64,000 nt of DNA, taken from contig JBMOLF010000010.1 of the NCBI GenBank assembly GCA_049325595.1, forward strand, positions 192,001 through 256,000. The letters are read 5' to 3'. Numbering within the stretch: position 1 is the stretch's first letter; every line of letters begins with the position of its first letter. The DNA is from Candidatus Babelota bacterium. Lineage in GTDB: Bacteria > Babelota > Babeliae > Babelales > Vermiphilaceae. The notes under the pieces were generated by a model that ran no database searches, was not told where the DNA came from, and saw only the letters and a program-made list of their open reading frames with translations. Of the stretch, positions 51,345 through 60,621 are shown piece after piece. Position numbers and translations under genes: made by a program.

Positions 51345-51869
51345 TTATTTAAAAATATTGTCTATTATTTGAGTAACATCAACCGGTTTATTTCCAATGA
51401 TTTCTTTTTCACCAATATTGTTGGTTAAAGGAATTCCTGATTCTGTTTCTCCTGCTACACCCGCTGCTTTACCTATTTGAGGAACTACCCGTTCGCCATC
51501 AAATTTTACCAGTATCCTTTTTTCAATACGTTGTGCTGGAAACCGAATGGTCAAATTTTTCTCTTTTTTGTTTCCTAAATAGCTTAAAAGAAGAACAATA
51601 TCAAATCTCTTATTGTTAATGTTGGCTATGCGCAATTTTCCTTTTGGTTCAATAGTGTATTCGTAATCAGTTAATATTTTTTTATGTTCATCTGTTTCTC
51701 CGTATGCACGGTAAACCTGTATAGTAATTGGCGCCTTGCTTTTATTACTGAGCTCGAATTGCCATTGATCATATGGTTTACTTGCTTTAGGACCTTGCTC
51801 TATTTTGTATTGGCATTGAATAGCTACAGTGCTAAATAACAATATAATAAAAATAGTAAGATTTTTCAT
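51345..51869 (-). CDS. secreted hypothetical protein, tandem paralog 3
   Basis: Signal peptide; KPYDQWQFELSNKS...PQIG...TESGIPLTNNI. Confidence 0.8.
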   Translation of the reverse strand: MKNLTIFIILLFSTVAIQCQYKIEQGPKASKPYDQWQFELSNKSKAPITIQVYRAYGETDEHKKILTDYEYTIEPKGKLRIANINNKRFDIVLLLSYLGNKKEKNLTIRFPAQRIEKRILVKFDGERVVPQIGKAAGVAGETESGIPLTNNIGEKEIIGNKPVDVTQIIDNIFK

Positions 51870-51900
51870 AGTATGCTCACTTTTTATAGATTTTTACTCA

Positions 51901-52470
51901 TCAAACTTCACCATAAACATCATCCACATCAACATCATCCCATAAGGTTCGTTCTATCTGAGGTTCAGGATTACCGGTGATTTCACCGTCAGTTATATTA
52001 TTTAATAATGGAATACCTGATTCAGTTGCTTGCCACCCTTGTTTAAAAAGACTTGTATGTCCGGCCTGCGGTCTAATAATCGAATTTTCATAAGTAATAA
52101 AAATATTTTTATCTGGAGCAAATGTGTAAGTTCTAGAGCCGATAGAAGGTGTTCTTATATCAAGAGATATATTTGAAAGGTAAGGCAAAACAGCTCTAAA
52201 TTTTGGTGCATTAAACAATTTCAATGAGAATGTTTTTGCCGGCAATACCGCCATAGTTATCGGCTGATCATTATGCTTTACTATTATATGAAGTTTTTCT
52301 TTGCTACGATTTACCAATTCAAAGTTCCATTTTTTCAAAGGTGCAGTTGCTCGTGGGGTTTCTTCGGTGTCGGTAACTATTGACTGAGGGTCAACTGGTG
52401 ATTTGAATTTAGTGTCTTGTGGGTGACAATTTATCCCCAATAAAATAATAGGTACTAATATGTATTTCAT
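51901..52470 (-). CDS. secreted hypothetical protein, tandem paralog 2
   Basis: ATG at 52470 after GGAG; KWNFELVNRS...PKFRAVLP...PQAG...TESGIPLLNNI. Confidence 0.8.
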   Translation of the reverse strand: MKYILVPIILLGINCHPQDTKFKSPVDPQSIVTDTEETPRATAPLKKWNFELVNRSKEKLHIIVKHNDQPITMAVLPAKTFSLKLFNAPKFRAVLPYLSNISLDIRTPSIGSRTYTFAPDKNIFITYENSIIRPQAGHTSLFKQGWQATESGIPLLNNITDGEITGNPEPQIERTLWDDVDVDDVYGEV

Positions 52471-52486
52471 AAAAAATGACTCCATT

Positions 52487-53017
52487 TTAATCAACTATAA
52501 TTATGTCACCCTGAGTAACGTTATTATCAAGAGGTAATCCCGATTTAGTTGTTTTTTTCATTTTTTGTAATGGATTTACAAAACCTTCTTGGGGATGAAC
52601 ATCGCCATCTTCGTAACTTAGAAAAATATTTTTACCACGAGTAAATCGGCGCTCTATTTTTTTTGTTCCATCGTCTTCTTGGGTTTGAATAATCAAATCA
52701 ATATTAGTAGTTTGCGGAAGAACGGCTCTAATTTTGGGTGTTTGTGTTGGTAAAAATTTGCCCGTTAAGATTTTATCTAAAATAGTGAACATACCTATTT
52801 TAACGATCACTCGAATTTCTCTATTACTTCGATTTGCTAACTCAAAATTCCATTTATCATAGGGTTTTGTTGCAAAAAAGCCTGTTTCTATTTTATCGTC
52901 GTCGAGCAAGGCTTTATAATCACCTGGTCCATAATTTAGAACTTCTGTTGAAAATGAATTTGCTGCAATTAAAACTGTTATTATAAAAAAATTAAAAAAT
53001 AATTTAAATTTAGTCAT
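52487..53017 (-). CDS. secreted hypothetical protein, tandem paralog 1
   Basis: Signal peptide; KPYDKWNFELANRS...PKIRAVLP...PQEG...TKSGLPLDNNV. Confidence 0.8.
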   Translation of the reverse strand: MTKFKLFFNFFIITVLIAANSFSTEVLNYGPGDYKALLDDDKIETGFFATKPYDKWNFELANRSNREIRVIVKIGMFTILDKILTGKFLPTQTPKIRAVLPQTTNIDLIIQTQEDDGTKKIERRFTRGKNIFLSYEDGDVHPQEGFVNPLQKMKKTTKSGLPLDNNVTQGDIIIVD

Positions 53018-53216
53018 ATTATTATCTCCTTTTAAATATTAGTATAAAAAATTTTCAATTTGAAAATCAATCAAGAGAAAAAATTAAATCTGATTAAAAT
53101 TAAGCTAGAAGCTTTTTTTTCAGTTATACTAATAATTAGTAATGACAAATGCATAAATAAAATTGCTTGATGTACTAAGAAATGGTTTTTTACCTTATCT
53201 TAGTAAGGAGAAAACC

Positions 53217-54617
53217 ATGCGTGATGCAATATTTAGAGAATATGATATTAGAGGCATAGTTGGGGTTGATTTTGCTCTAGAAGAAATTTATGACCTTTCA
53301 CGAGCAATGGCCTATTATTTTAAAGAACAAAACACATTTGTAAAGACCATTGCAGTAGGAATGGATGGTAGAATTCATTCCCCGCTGATAAAAGAACAAT
53401 TGGTAAAAGGGTTAATTGAAAGCGGTCTTGATGTTGTTTTTGTAGGAATTTGTCCCTCACCCGCTTTATATTTTTCTATGTTTAATATGCCCGTTGATGC
53501 GGGAATTATGATTACCGCATCACATAATCCTAAAGAATATAATGGCTTTAAAATATTATTAGGTACATCAAATGTGTGGGGCGATCAATTAAAGGTTATA
53601 CGTGATTATTATCAACAAAAAAAATATATAACCAGTAATTACCAAGGAACTACACAAGAACAACCAATCATACCAGCTTATGTTACCTGGCTTTCTGAAC
53701 ATTTTAGCCATTTGAAAAATATGGAATTGCGTGTTGCTATAGATTGTGGTAATGCTGCTGGTGGTACGGTTGTCCCTTTATTAATTGAAAAAATGAATTG
53801 GCAGCATGTTGATGTATTGTGTGCAGAAGTCGATGGCAATTATCCTAATCATGAAGCCGATCCTTGTGTTGAACAGAACATGCTTGATGTTAAAGAATGT
53901 ATGAAAACTGGTTCTTATGATTTAGGAATTGGCCTTGATGGTGACTGTGATCGTATGGTTCCTATGACAGCTTCAGGCTACTTGGTGCCTGGTGATAAGT
54001 TATTTGCGTTATATGCACAAGATGTTTTAACACACAACAAAAAAGCTTCTGTAGTAGTAGATATTAAAAGTTCATCAGGATTGTTGGAATTATTAGAAAA
54101 GTGGGACGCTTGTTTGGTAATTTCACCATCTGGACATGCGATAATTAAAGATCAAATGAAAAAAAATAATGCTCTATTAGCCGGAGAATTGAGTTGTCAC
54201 TTTTTCTTTGCTGATCGCTATTTTGGCTATGACGATGGTATTTATGCCTTTTTAAGGCTTTTTGATATTTTGTATAAATCAGGCAAGACCCTTGAAGAAT
54301 TGCTTACGATTTTTCCTAAAAAATATAGTTCTTCTGAAATTAGATTATCCTGTGCAGAACAACAAAAACAAACAATAATTAATATGATAAAAAATGAATT
54401 TACCTTAAAACCATATACAAAACTTATTACCGTTGATGGCGTTCGTGCGGTTATGCCGTATGGATGGGGTATAATTAGAGCATCTAATACACAAGAAGTA
54501 TTAAGTATGCGTTTTGAATCTGATTCTGAGCACGGTCTTGAGCAAATAAAAGATGATTTTAAATTAATTTTGCGTCAATATTATGATTTTTCTACTCTGC
54601 AAAAATATTTTAATTAG
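53217..54617 (+). CDS. phosphomannomutase/phosphoglucomutase
   Basis: FREYDIRG, TASHNP, DGDCDR, GELSCH, RASNT; ATG at 53217 after AAGGAG. Confidence 0.95.
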   Translation: MRDAIFREYDIRGIVGVDFALEEIYDLSRAMAYYFKEQNTFVKTIAVGMDGRIHSPLIKEQLVKGLIESGLDVVFVGICPSPALYFSMFNMPVDAGIMITASHNPKEYNGFKILLGTSNVWGDQLKVIRDYYQQKKYITSNYQGTTQEQPIIPAYVTWLSEHFSHLKNMELRVAIDCGNAAGGTVVPLLIEKMNWQHVDVLCAEVDGNYPNHEADPCVEQNMLDVKECMKTGSYDLGIGLDGDCDRMVPMTASGYLVPGDKLFALYAQDVLTHNKKASVVVDIKSSSGLLELLEKWDACLVISPSGHAIIKDQMKKNNALLAGELSCHFFFADRYFGYDDGIYAFLRLFDILYKSGKTLEELLTIFPKKYSSSEIRLSCAEQQKQTIINMIKNEFTLKPYTKLITVDGVRAVMPYGWGIIRASNTQEVLSMRFESDSEHGLEQIKDDFKLILRQYYDFSTLQKYFN

Positions 54618-54626
54618 GTTATCTCA

Positions 54627-55448
54627 GTGAAACAAGTTGGATTACACATACGATTAACAGATAGTTTATTAGGTGTAGCGCAAAAAGCTGCTCTGCTTAA
54701 TATTCCTTTTTTCCAATGCTTTGTAATAGATCAAGCTACTAATAGAATCATTAAACCAACTGATCAAGAAATTGAAGAATTTGTAACCTATTGCAGATTG
54801 CCTTTTATTAAGCGATTTTTACACGCTTCTTATTGGATTAATTTGTCTGCCGTGAATCATTTTAATAATAAATTATTTGAACGGGAATTTAATCTTGCCC
54901 AAAAACTTGAGTTTACTCATATGATTTTGCACCCAGGTGCGGCAACAGGAAGCAAACAAAAACAAGCAGGAATTCATGCCTTGGCTCAAGCTTTAAATCG
55001 CATACTCAAGGTGGAATCGACTGTTAAAATAGTTCTTGAAAATACTGCCCATGGCGGCATATCAGTTGGTGGTGACTTCAATGATTTTAAATTACTTCTA
55101 GAGCAATTAGAGCATCCTGAAAAATTATATTTTTGTTTGGATACTGCACATGCTTTTTCTTATGGATATGATATCGAAACTGAAAAAGGACAACGAGATT
55201 TTATTAATCTGGTTGATAAAACTATTGGGATACAAAAAATTGAATTGATTCACTTGAATGATACTAAGGAAAAAAAAGGTAGCAAAATAGATCGTCATGA
55301 GATTCCTGGAAAAGGTCATATTGGCGAAAATGCATTAAAAGCCTTTGTTAATCAGCCTGAATTTGTAGATTTGCCAGTGTTATTAGAGTTGCCTGTAATG
55401 CCATTGGTAGAAGAAACAACCATCTTAGGGGCGGTTCGAAACTGGTGA
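54627..55448 (+). CDS. nfo: endonuclease IV (AP endonuclease)
   Basis: HASY, HPG, ENTA, DTAH, HLND, DRH metal ligands. Confidence 0.95.
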   Translation: MKQVGLHIRLTDSLLGVAQKAALLNIPFFQCFVIDQATNRIIKPTDQEIEEFVTYCRLPFIKRFLHASYWINLSAVNHFNNKLFEREFNLAQKLEFTHMILHPGAATGSKQKQAGIHALAQALNRILKVESTVKIVLENTAHGGISVGGDFNDFKLLLEQLEHPEKLYFCLDTAHAFSYGYDIETEKGQRDFINLVDKTIGIQKIELIHLNDTKEKKGSKIDRHEIPGKGHIGENALKAFVNQPEFVDLPVLLELPVMPLVEETTILGAVRNW

Positions 55449-55475
55449 TTGTTTTATTAAAAAAGGAGATAGGGT

Positions 55476-56480
55476 ATGCGTATAGCAATAAATGGTTTTG
55501 GTAGAATTGGCAGAAATTTTTTACGAGTAATTCTGTCCGATAAAATAGCATCTCAAAAAATTACCATTGTGGCGATCAATATTGGTCCTGGTCACATTGC
55601 TAATACTGCACATCTTTTTAAATATGACACTCTTATGGGAACCTATCATGAACCTGTTTTGGTAGAGGATAATTATCTAGTAATTGGAAACAATCGTATA
55701 CAGCTCTATGCAATAGCAGAACCAGCCGATTTACCGTGGAAAAGTCTTGATATTGATTGGGTAGTTGATGCATCAGGAAAATTTACTAAGCGGGAGTTAG
55801 CAGAAAAACATCTTCAAGCTGGTGCTAAAGCAGTGCTCATAACAGCGCCGGCTAAAGGTGATGATATAAGTATTATTCCTGGAATTAATGATGCTGAGTT
55901 TGATAAACAAAAACATAAAATTGTTTCTCTGGGAAGTTGCACTACTAATGCTTTCATGCCAATTTTAAAAATTATTAATGATGCTTGTGAAATTGAACAA
56001 GGATTTATGACGACGGTCCATGCCTATACAAATTCTCAGGTATTGTTAGATGTCGAAGATAAAGATTTGCGAATGTCTCGTGCCGCTGCATTAAATATTA
56101 TTCCTGCCGGTACAGGTGCTGCAAAAATGATTGGCAAAGTTATCCCAAGCTTAGAAAATAAAATTAAAGCAACGGCATTACGTGTACCTGTTGCTAAAGT
56201 TTCTTTAATGGATGTAGTTTTAATCACCAAAAAAAAGAGCAATATTCAACAAATTAATGATCTATTTATATCTGCCTCCCAAACATCATTAAAAGGAATT
56301 GTTGCTCTTTCTCAAGAACCACTAGTTTCAAGTGATTATTCTGGATCACCTTATTCGGTAGTTATTGATGGTCTACTTACTGGATCATTTGGTAATATGC
56401 ACAAAATATGTGGTTGGTATGATAATGAATGGGGATATAGTGAACGCCTTAAAGATTTTTTGATTTTAGCGCTTAAATAA
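55476..56480 (+). CDS. gap: type I glyceraldehyde-3-phosphate dehydrogenase
   Basis: INGFGRIGR, SCTTN, RVP, WYDNEWGYS. Confidence 0.95.
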   Translation: MRIAINGFGRIGRNFLRVILSDKIASQKITIVAINIGPGHIANTAHLFKYDTLMGTYHEPVLVEDNYLVIGNNRIQLYAIAEPADLPWKSLDIDWVVDASGKFTKRELAEKHLQAGAKAVLITAPAKGDDISIIPGINDAEFDKQKHKIVSLGSCTTNAFMPILKIINDACEIEQGFMTTVHAYTNSQVLLDVEDKDLRMSRAAALNIIPAGTGAAKMIGKVIPSLENKIKATALRVPVAKVSLMDVVLITKKKSNIQQINDLFISASQTSLKGIVALSQEPLVSSDYSGSPYSVVIDGLLTGSFGNMHKICGWYDNEWGYSERLKDFLILALK

Positions 56481-56527
56481 GAAAGAAATGCCACAAAAGG
56501 TTTCAGTTGCCACATTTTTATTCAAAA

Positions 56528-56555
56528 TTGACAAATAGTATATATTTAGTAAGCT
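56528..56555 (+). promoter_or_regulatory. putative sigma70 promoter
   Basis: TTGACA-16nt-TAAGCT upstream of a GGAGG RBS. Confidence 0.5.
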
Positions 56556-56585
56556 TTATAATAACCTAGATAAATGGAGGTTATT

Positions 56586-57575
56586 ATGAACAAATTTCTT
56601 GCCGTTTTAACGCTTATTTTTACGACTTATTTATCAACTTTTGGCTATACTAAAAAAATTGAATATTTAAAAAATCCTAAAACTAATGCTGAAGTTCATA
56701 TTTTTTATGATTTTCATGCCGATGAAAAATTTCCTGGCCAAGTAAAACAGCAGGTGCAAGAAATTATTGAAGCAGCTCAACAGAAAAATGCTCATATAAT
56801 CATTGAAAATACTTTTGATTACCATGGTAAGCATACCTTAGTAAAACAAGATTTAGCATTCTTTAAATATATGCGTAAAGCGTTATTGTTACGCGATGTA
56901 CAGGATCTTGCACATAAAAACAAGATTTCAATTGAAAATGTCGAGTATCGCCAAGATCGCGAATATTCGGTTAATGAAAATCGCTTATCTGCTCATGATG
57001 CGCTTGATCCAGTTTCTGAGGCTTTAAAGGCAGTCAAAAATTTTAAAGGTGATGTTTTAAGAGAGTATTATCAAGAAGTGATTAATGACATTGAACCGAT
57101 TCATCAAGAAATTATTAAACTTTTCAAACCAAACCAGTCTATTTTTAAACAACTTCCAAATAAAAACATTCAGACGAAACTTGGAGAAATAAAAAAAGAG
57201 TTACCAACAGATTGTGCAGATATGCAGAATGGTGATGTTGTTTTGTATTATGATGCACGATTATTAAATCCACTTATTGTAGATAGCATTTATGAAAAGC
57301 AAGTTGCCAATGATAAACATTCATGTATTTTTGTGATTGCTGGTTCGTACCACGCATTTGAAATAAGTAATGTTTTGCAAATGCAGTTAAACTATCAATT
57401 AGTAAAAGAAGGGGGAACTGATCAAGGCGCATTTATTCCAGCAGCTAGTAAAATTGAATTGGCGCAGATTAAACAATTTTTTAATGATAATCTCACCTCA
57501 AATGCTCCTGTAGCAGTACCCGATATTAAACAGCATCTTTCCCATCTTTTTGCACCAAGTTATCTTATTATTTAA
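56586..57575 (+). CDS. secreted hypothetical protein, TIKI/TraB/ChaN-like fold suspected
   Basis: Signal peptide after GGAGG; HIFYDFH, IIIE, DARL, FVIAGSYHA. Confidence 0.6.
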   Translation: MNKFLAVLTLIFTTYLSTFGYTKKIEYLKNPKTNAEVHIFYDFHADEKFPGQVKQQVQEIIEAAQQKNAHIIIENTFDYHGKHTLVKQDLAFFKYMRKALLLRDVQDLAHKNKISIENVEYRQDREYSVNENRLSAHDALDPVSEALKAVKNFKGDVLREYYQEVINDIEPIHQEIIKLFKPNQSIFKQLPNKNIQTKLGEIKKELPTDCADMQNGDVVLYYDARLLNPLIVDSIYEKQVANDKHSCIFVIAGSYHAFEISNVLQMQLNYQLVKEGGTDQGAFIPAASKIELAQIKQFFNDNLTSNAPVAVPDIKQHLSHLFAPSYLII

Positions 57576-57598
57576 TGTTATCGTAATAATGAATTACC

Positions 57599-57626
57599 AA
57601 AGCCTGGGTTAAATCCAGGCTTTTTT
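57599..57626 (+). terminator. intrinsic terminator
   Basis: AAAGCCTGG-GTTAAAT-CCAGGCTTT followed by a T tract. Confidence 0.85.
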
Positions 57627-57697
57627 CATAAAAGGACTTCACAAGTGTACTATTTTCACGTAGTATAATGGTACGAAATATGCAAACAAAAATATGG

Positions 57698-57774
57698 GGG
57701 CCCATAGCTCAGCTGGTCAGAGCAATCGGCTCATAACCGAGAGGTCCCAGGTTCAAGTCCTGGTGGGCCCACCA
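57698..57774 (+). tRNA. tRNA with CAT anticodon, most likely tRNA-Ile2 (lysidine)
   Basis: Acceptor GGGCCCA/TGGGCCC, loop CTCATAA, GGTTCAAGT, CCA; fully paired 1-72 and C4/C5 argue against initiator Met and resemble ileX-type tRNAs. Confidence 0.9.
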
Positions 57775-57824
57775 GCTGTAACTGGTGGCTACTCATTGCA
57801 CCCCCTTTACTCAAGAGAGGTACT

Positions 57825-58529
57825 ATGAGCGAAACGCCACTTCAGTTATTTGTTAACCTTATTCAATTTGATCAATCTTTATTAAAAATTGAATCCAGCA
57901 TATCAGTTCTTAACAACCAGATCCAAGAAGCTGTTCATCAAAAAACTCAATTACAAAATCAACTTGAAGCATTAAAATCCCGTGCTCTTTTGCAAAGAAA
58001 AAAGGTAGATGCACTAGAACTTGAAATGAAACATATTGATGAAAAAATTTCTCGTAAAAAAGAGCAACTTGATAATGTAATGGGACATCGTGAATATCTT
58101 TCATTGAAAGCCGAAATTGATAATTTTAAAAAGCAACAACATGAACTAGAAGATTCATTGATTAGTTCATGGAATGATCTTGAAAATGTTCAAAAAGAAC
58201 TAGATAATACTATCTTAAAAGTTCATGAACAACTTAATCTTATACAGCAAGAAGAACATAACAAAAAAGTTCGCATAGAAGAATTAGAAAAAGAATTTTC
58301 TTTGCTTGCGCAACAGCGTGCTGAAAAAGAAAAAGGAATACCCGAAGAATGGCTTGAAAAATATACTGCTATGCGTGCAAAAATAGCAGATCCAGTAGTT
58401 CCTGTTGTTGATAAAACATGCAGTGGGTGTGCATTTCTTATTTCTGACCAGGATATGTTGCAGCTGCGACATAATAAATTGGTACAATGTAAAAGTTGTT
58501 TTAGATTATTGTATATGACACCACATTAA
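57825..58529 (+). CDS. coiled-coil plus C4 zinc-ribbon protein (DUF164, CT398/HP0958-like)
   Basis: Long heptad region, REYLSLKAEI, CSGC...CKSCFRLLY. Confidence 0.88.
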   Translation: MSETPLQLFVNLIQFDQSLLKIESSISVLNNQIQEAVHQKTQLQNQLEALKSRALLQRKKVDALELEMKHIDEKISRKKEQLDNVMGHREYLSLKAEIDNFKKQQHELEDSLISSWNDLENVQKELDNTILKVHEQLNLIQQEEHNKKVRIEELEKEFSLLAQQRAEKEKGIPEEWLEKYTAMRAKIADPVVPVVDKTCSGCAFLISDQDMLQLRHNKLVQCKSCFRLLYMTPH

Positions 58530-58562
58530 CATTATTTTAATTGCCTTTTATTTGAGGATAGG

Positions 58563-59081
58563 GTGAAACAATTACATATTTTCGATACGAGTGATTCTGA
58601 AACAAGCTCTCATAATTCTGTTTTGTCACATCATTATACATTATATGTTGATGGGGCATCGCGTAATAATCCAGGAGATGCTGGCGCAGGTATGTATATT
58701 GAAAAAGATGGACAGTCGCTTGAAAAGCGTGGCTTTTATTTGGGTGTGAGAACAAACAATCAAGCTGAATATTTAGCCTTGTTAGTAGGTATTTACTATA
58801 CCAAAAAACATATGTTGCCCCAAGATACCTTAAGTATAATATCAGACTCAGAACTTTTAGTACGACAAGTTAAAGGTTTGTATAAAGTTAAACAACCAGA
58901 ATTGCAACAATTATTTGCTGCCGTAAAAAAAACATTACAACCAATTCGTTACACCATTTCACATGTGTTACGCGAGAAAAATAAGCAAGCTGATGCAATG
59001 GCAAATTATGGTATCGATAAAAAAATTATGCCACCACAAGAATTTTTAAATGTGTTAAAAAATTATGATATTAACTGGTAA
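58563..59081 (+). CDS. rnhA: ribonuclease HI family
   Basis: VDGASRNNPG, TNNQAEY, SDSELLV, HVLREKNKQADAMAN. Confidence 0.93.
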   Translation: MKQLHIFDTSDSETSSHNSVLSHHYTLYVDGASRNNPGDAGAGMYIEKDGQSLEKRGFYLGVRTNNQAEYLALLVGIYYTKKHMLPQDTLSIISDSELLVRQVKGLYKVKQPELQQLFAAVKKTLQPIRYTISHVLREKNKQADAMANYGIDKKIMPPQEFLNVLKNYDINW

Positions 59082-60225
59082 ATTTTTTTTAGGTTTAATA
59101 ATCCTATTTTTTAGTATAAACAATAGTTTTGCTCAAGAAGAACTAGTTACTTTAAAAAAGAATTATAATGTTCGCATTTTACTTGCAGAATCTCCATCGG
59201 ATCAAACGCACTGGACCCTAGAAACAGATCAAGGAGTTGTCTTTGTTGATCCATCAAATCCTAACAATAAATTAAAATATGCTGCTAACAATCTAACGAT
59301 TACTTATCAAAAGGGATATTGGCATATAAATAATAAAAAATTTAATACAAATCGCGTCTTAATAATTCCCTGTAAAGATTATTTAACCTTTAATATCAAT
59401 CAATATAAAGGGGCCATTCTTTTAGATAGCCGGAATGATAAAACATATCTAATTAATATTCTTGATCTAGAAGATTATGTATACTGCGTATTGAAAACTG
59501 AAAGTTGGCCGGGGTGGCCCTTAGAAGTGAATAAGGTATTTGCGATCGCATGCCGAACATATGCTATCCATATGATAACACACAATAATAAAAAAAATTC
59601 ATATCATTTAAAAAATAGCAATCTTCACCAAACCTATAAAGGCATGCATACTCGAGATGATTTAAAACTTGCAGTAGAACAAACTAAGGGATTATTTTTA
59701 GCTCATAATAACAAGCCAATTATAGCAATGTTTGATATTTGCTGTGGTGGCGTGATTCCGTCTTGCATTGATGGCTTTGATTTTGTTAAAGCTCCCTATC
59801 TTGCTCGTGACTATGCATGTACACATTGCAAACGATGTAAAGTATTTAATTGGTCTGCTGAATATTCCCTTGATCAGTTAGAGAAAATTTTGCAGCAAGA
59901 GATTAATTCTTTAAAAAAATTAAAGACTATAAAGATTAATAAAAAGGATAAGGCAATGTTAACTAAAGAAGTAATGGTTGTAGGTTCTTCTGGTTGGCAC
60001 GCATTGCCGATCAAAAAAATATATTCATTACTTAAAGATAAAATTAAAAGTTTTTGTTTTTCGGTAACAACACAAGGTAAGCAGATTGTTTTTACCGGTA
60101 AAGGTTTTGGGCATCATTTAGGAATTTGCCAATGGGGTGCACGCGAAATGGTTCGTGATGGATGGAAATTTGAGCAGGTATTAGAATTTTATTATCCAGG
60201 TACCCGCTTTATGAAGCTCATTTGA
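59065..60225 (+). CDS. SpoIID/LytB domain lytic transglycosylase
   Basis: LEDYV..VLKTE, AIACRTYA, QTYKG, GKGFGHHLGICQWGA, FYYPG; signal peptide. Confidence 0.92.
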   Translation: MILTGKFFLGLIILFFSINNSFAQEELVTLKKNYNVRILLAESPSDQTHWTLETDQGVVFVDPSNPNNKLKYAANNLTITYQKGYWHINNKKFNTNRVLIIPCKDYLTFNINQYKGAILLDSRNDKTYLINILDLEDYVYCVLKTESWPGWPLEVNKVFAIACRTYAIHMITHNNKKNSYHLKNSNLHQTYKGMHTRDDLKLAVEQTKGLFLAHNNKPIIAMFDICCGGVIPSCIDGFDFVKAPYLARDYACTHCKRCKVFNWSAEYSLDQLEKILQQEINSLKKLKTIKINKKDKAMLTKEVMVVGSSGWHALPIKKIYSLLKDKIKSFCFSVTTQGKQIVFTGKGFGHHLGICQWGAREMVRDGWKFEQVLEFYYPGTRFMKLI

Positions 60226-60235
60226 AAGGTAAATA

Positions 60236-60619
60236 ATGATTACCAAATTAACTCATCTTATGCTTTTAGTTCATAATCAAAACGATGCACTAAAGTTTTA
60301 TACCGAACAACTTAATTTTAAAATTCATCCTGATGCACAATTTGGTCCAGAGCGTTGGCTTACCATTTGCGCTCATAATCAGTCTGATTTTGAAATTGCA
60401 CTTATGCATGCTAATGATCAAGAAAAAGATTTGGTTGGTCGTCAGGCAGGTTCAAAACCTTTTTTTGTTATAGAAACAGATAATTGCATCGAAGATTACA
60501 AGTTATTCCAACTTCGGGGAATACACTTTTTAAGTGAGCCAAAGGAAGAGCTTTGGGGAACGAGTGCTTTATTTCAAGATTTATATGGCAACATAATTTT
60601 GTTAAATCAAAGCAAATGA
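60236..60619 (+). CDS. VOC (glyoxalase/bleomycin-resistance) family protein
   Basis: ALKFYTEQL, RWLT, EPKEELWG, FQDLYGN. Confidence 0.9.
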   Translation: MITKLTHLMLLVHNQNDALKFYTEQLNFKIHPDAQFGPERWLTICAHNQSDFEIALMHANDQEKDLVGRQAGSKPFFVIETDNCIEDYKLFQLRGIHFLSEPKEELWGTSALFQDLYGNIILLNQSK

Positions 60620-60621
60620 TT

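Noticed and set aside
56489..56514. Direct repeat TGCCACA twice upstream of the 56586 gene promoter
   Set aside because: Only two 7-mers. Could be an operator but cannot be told from chance.
57698..57774. Calling the CAT tRNA an initiator tRNA-fMet
   Set aside because: It has a paired 1-72 position and lacks the three consecutive G-C anticodon-stem pairs
57825..59081. Zinc-ribbon protein plus RNase HI as a novel module
   Set aside because: This gene pairing is already familiar from other bacterial phyla
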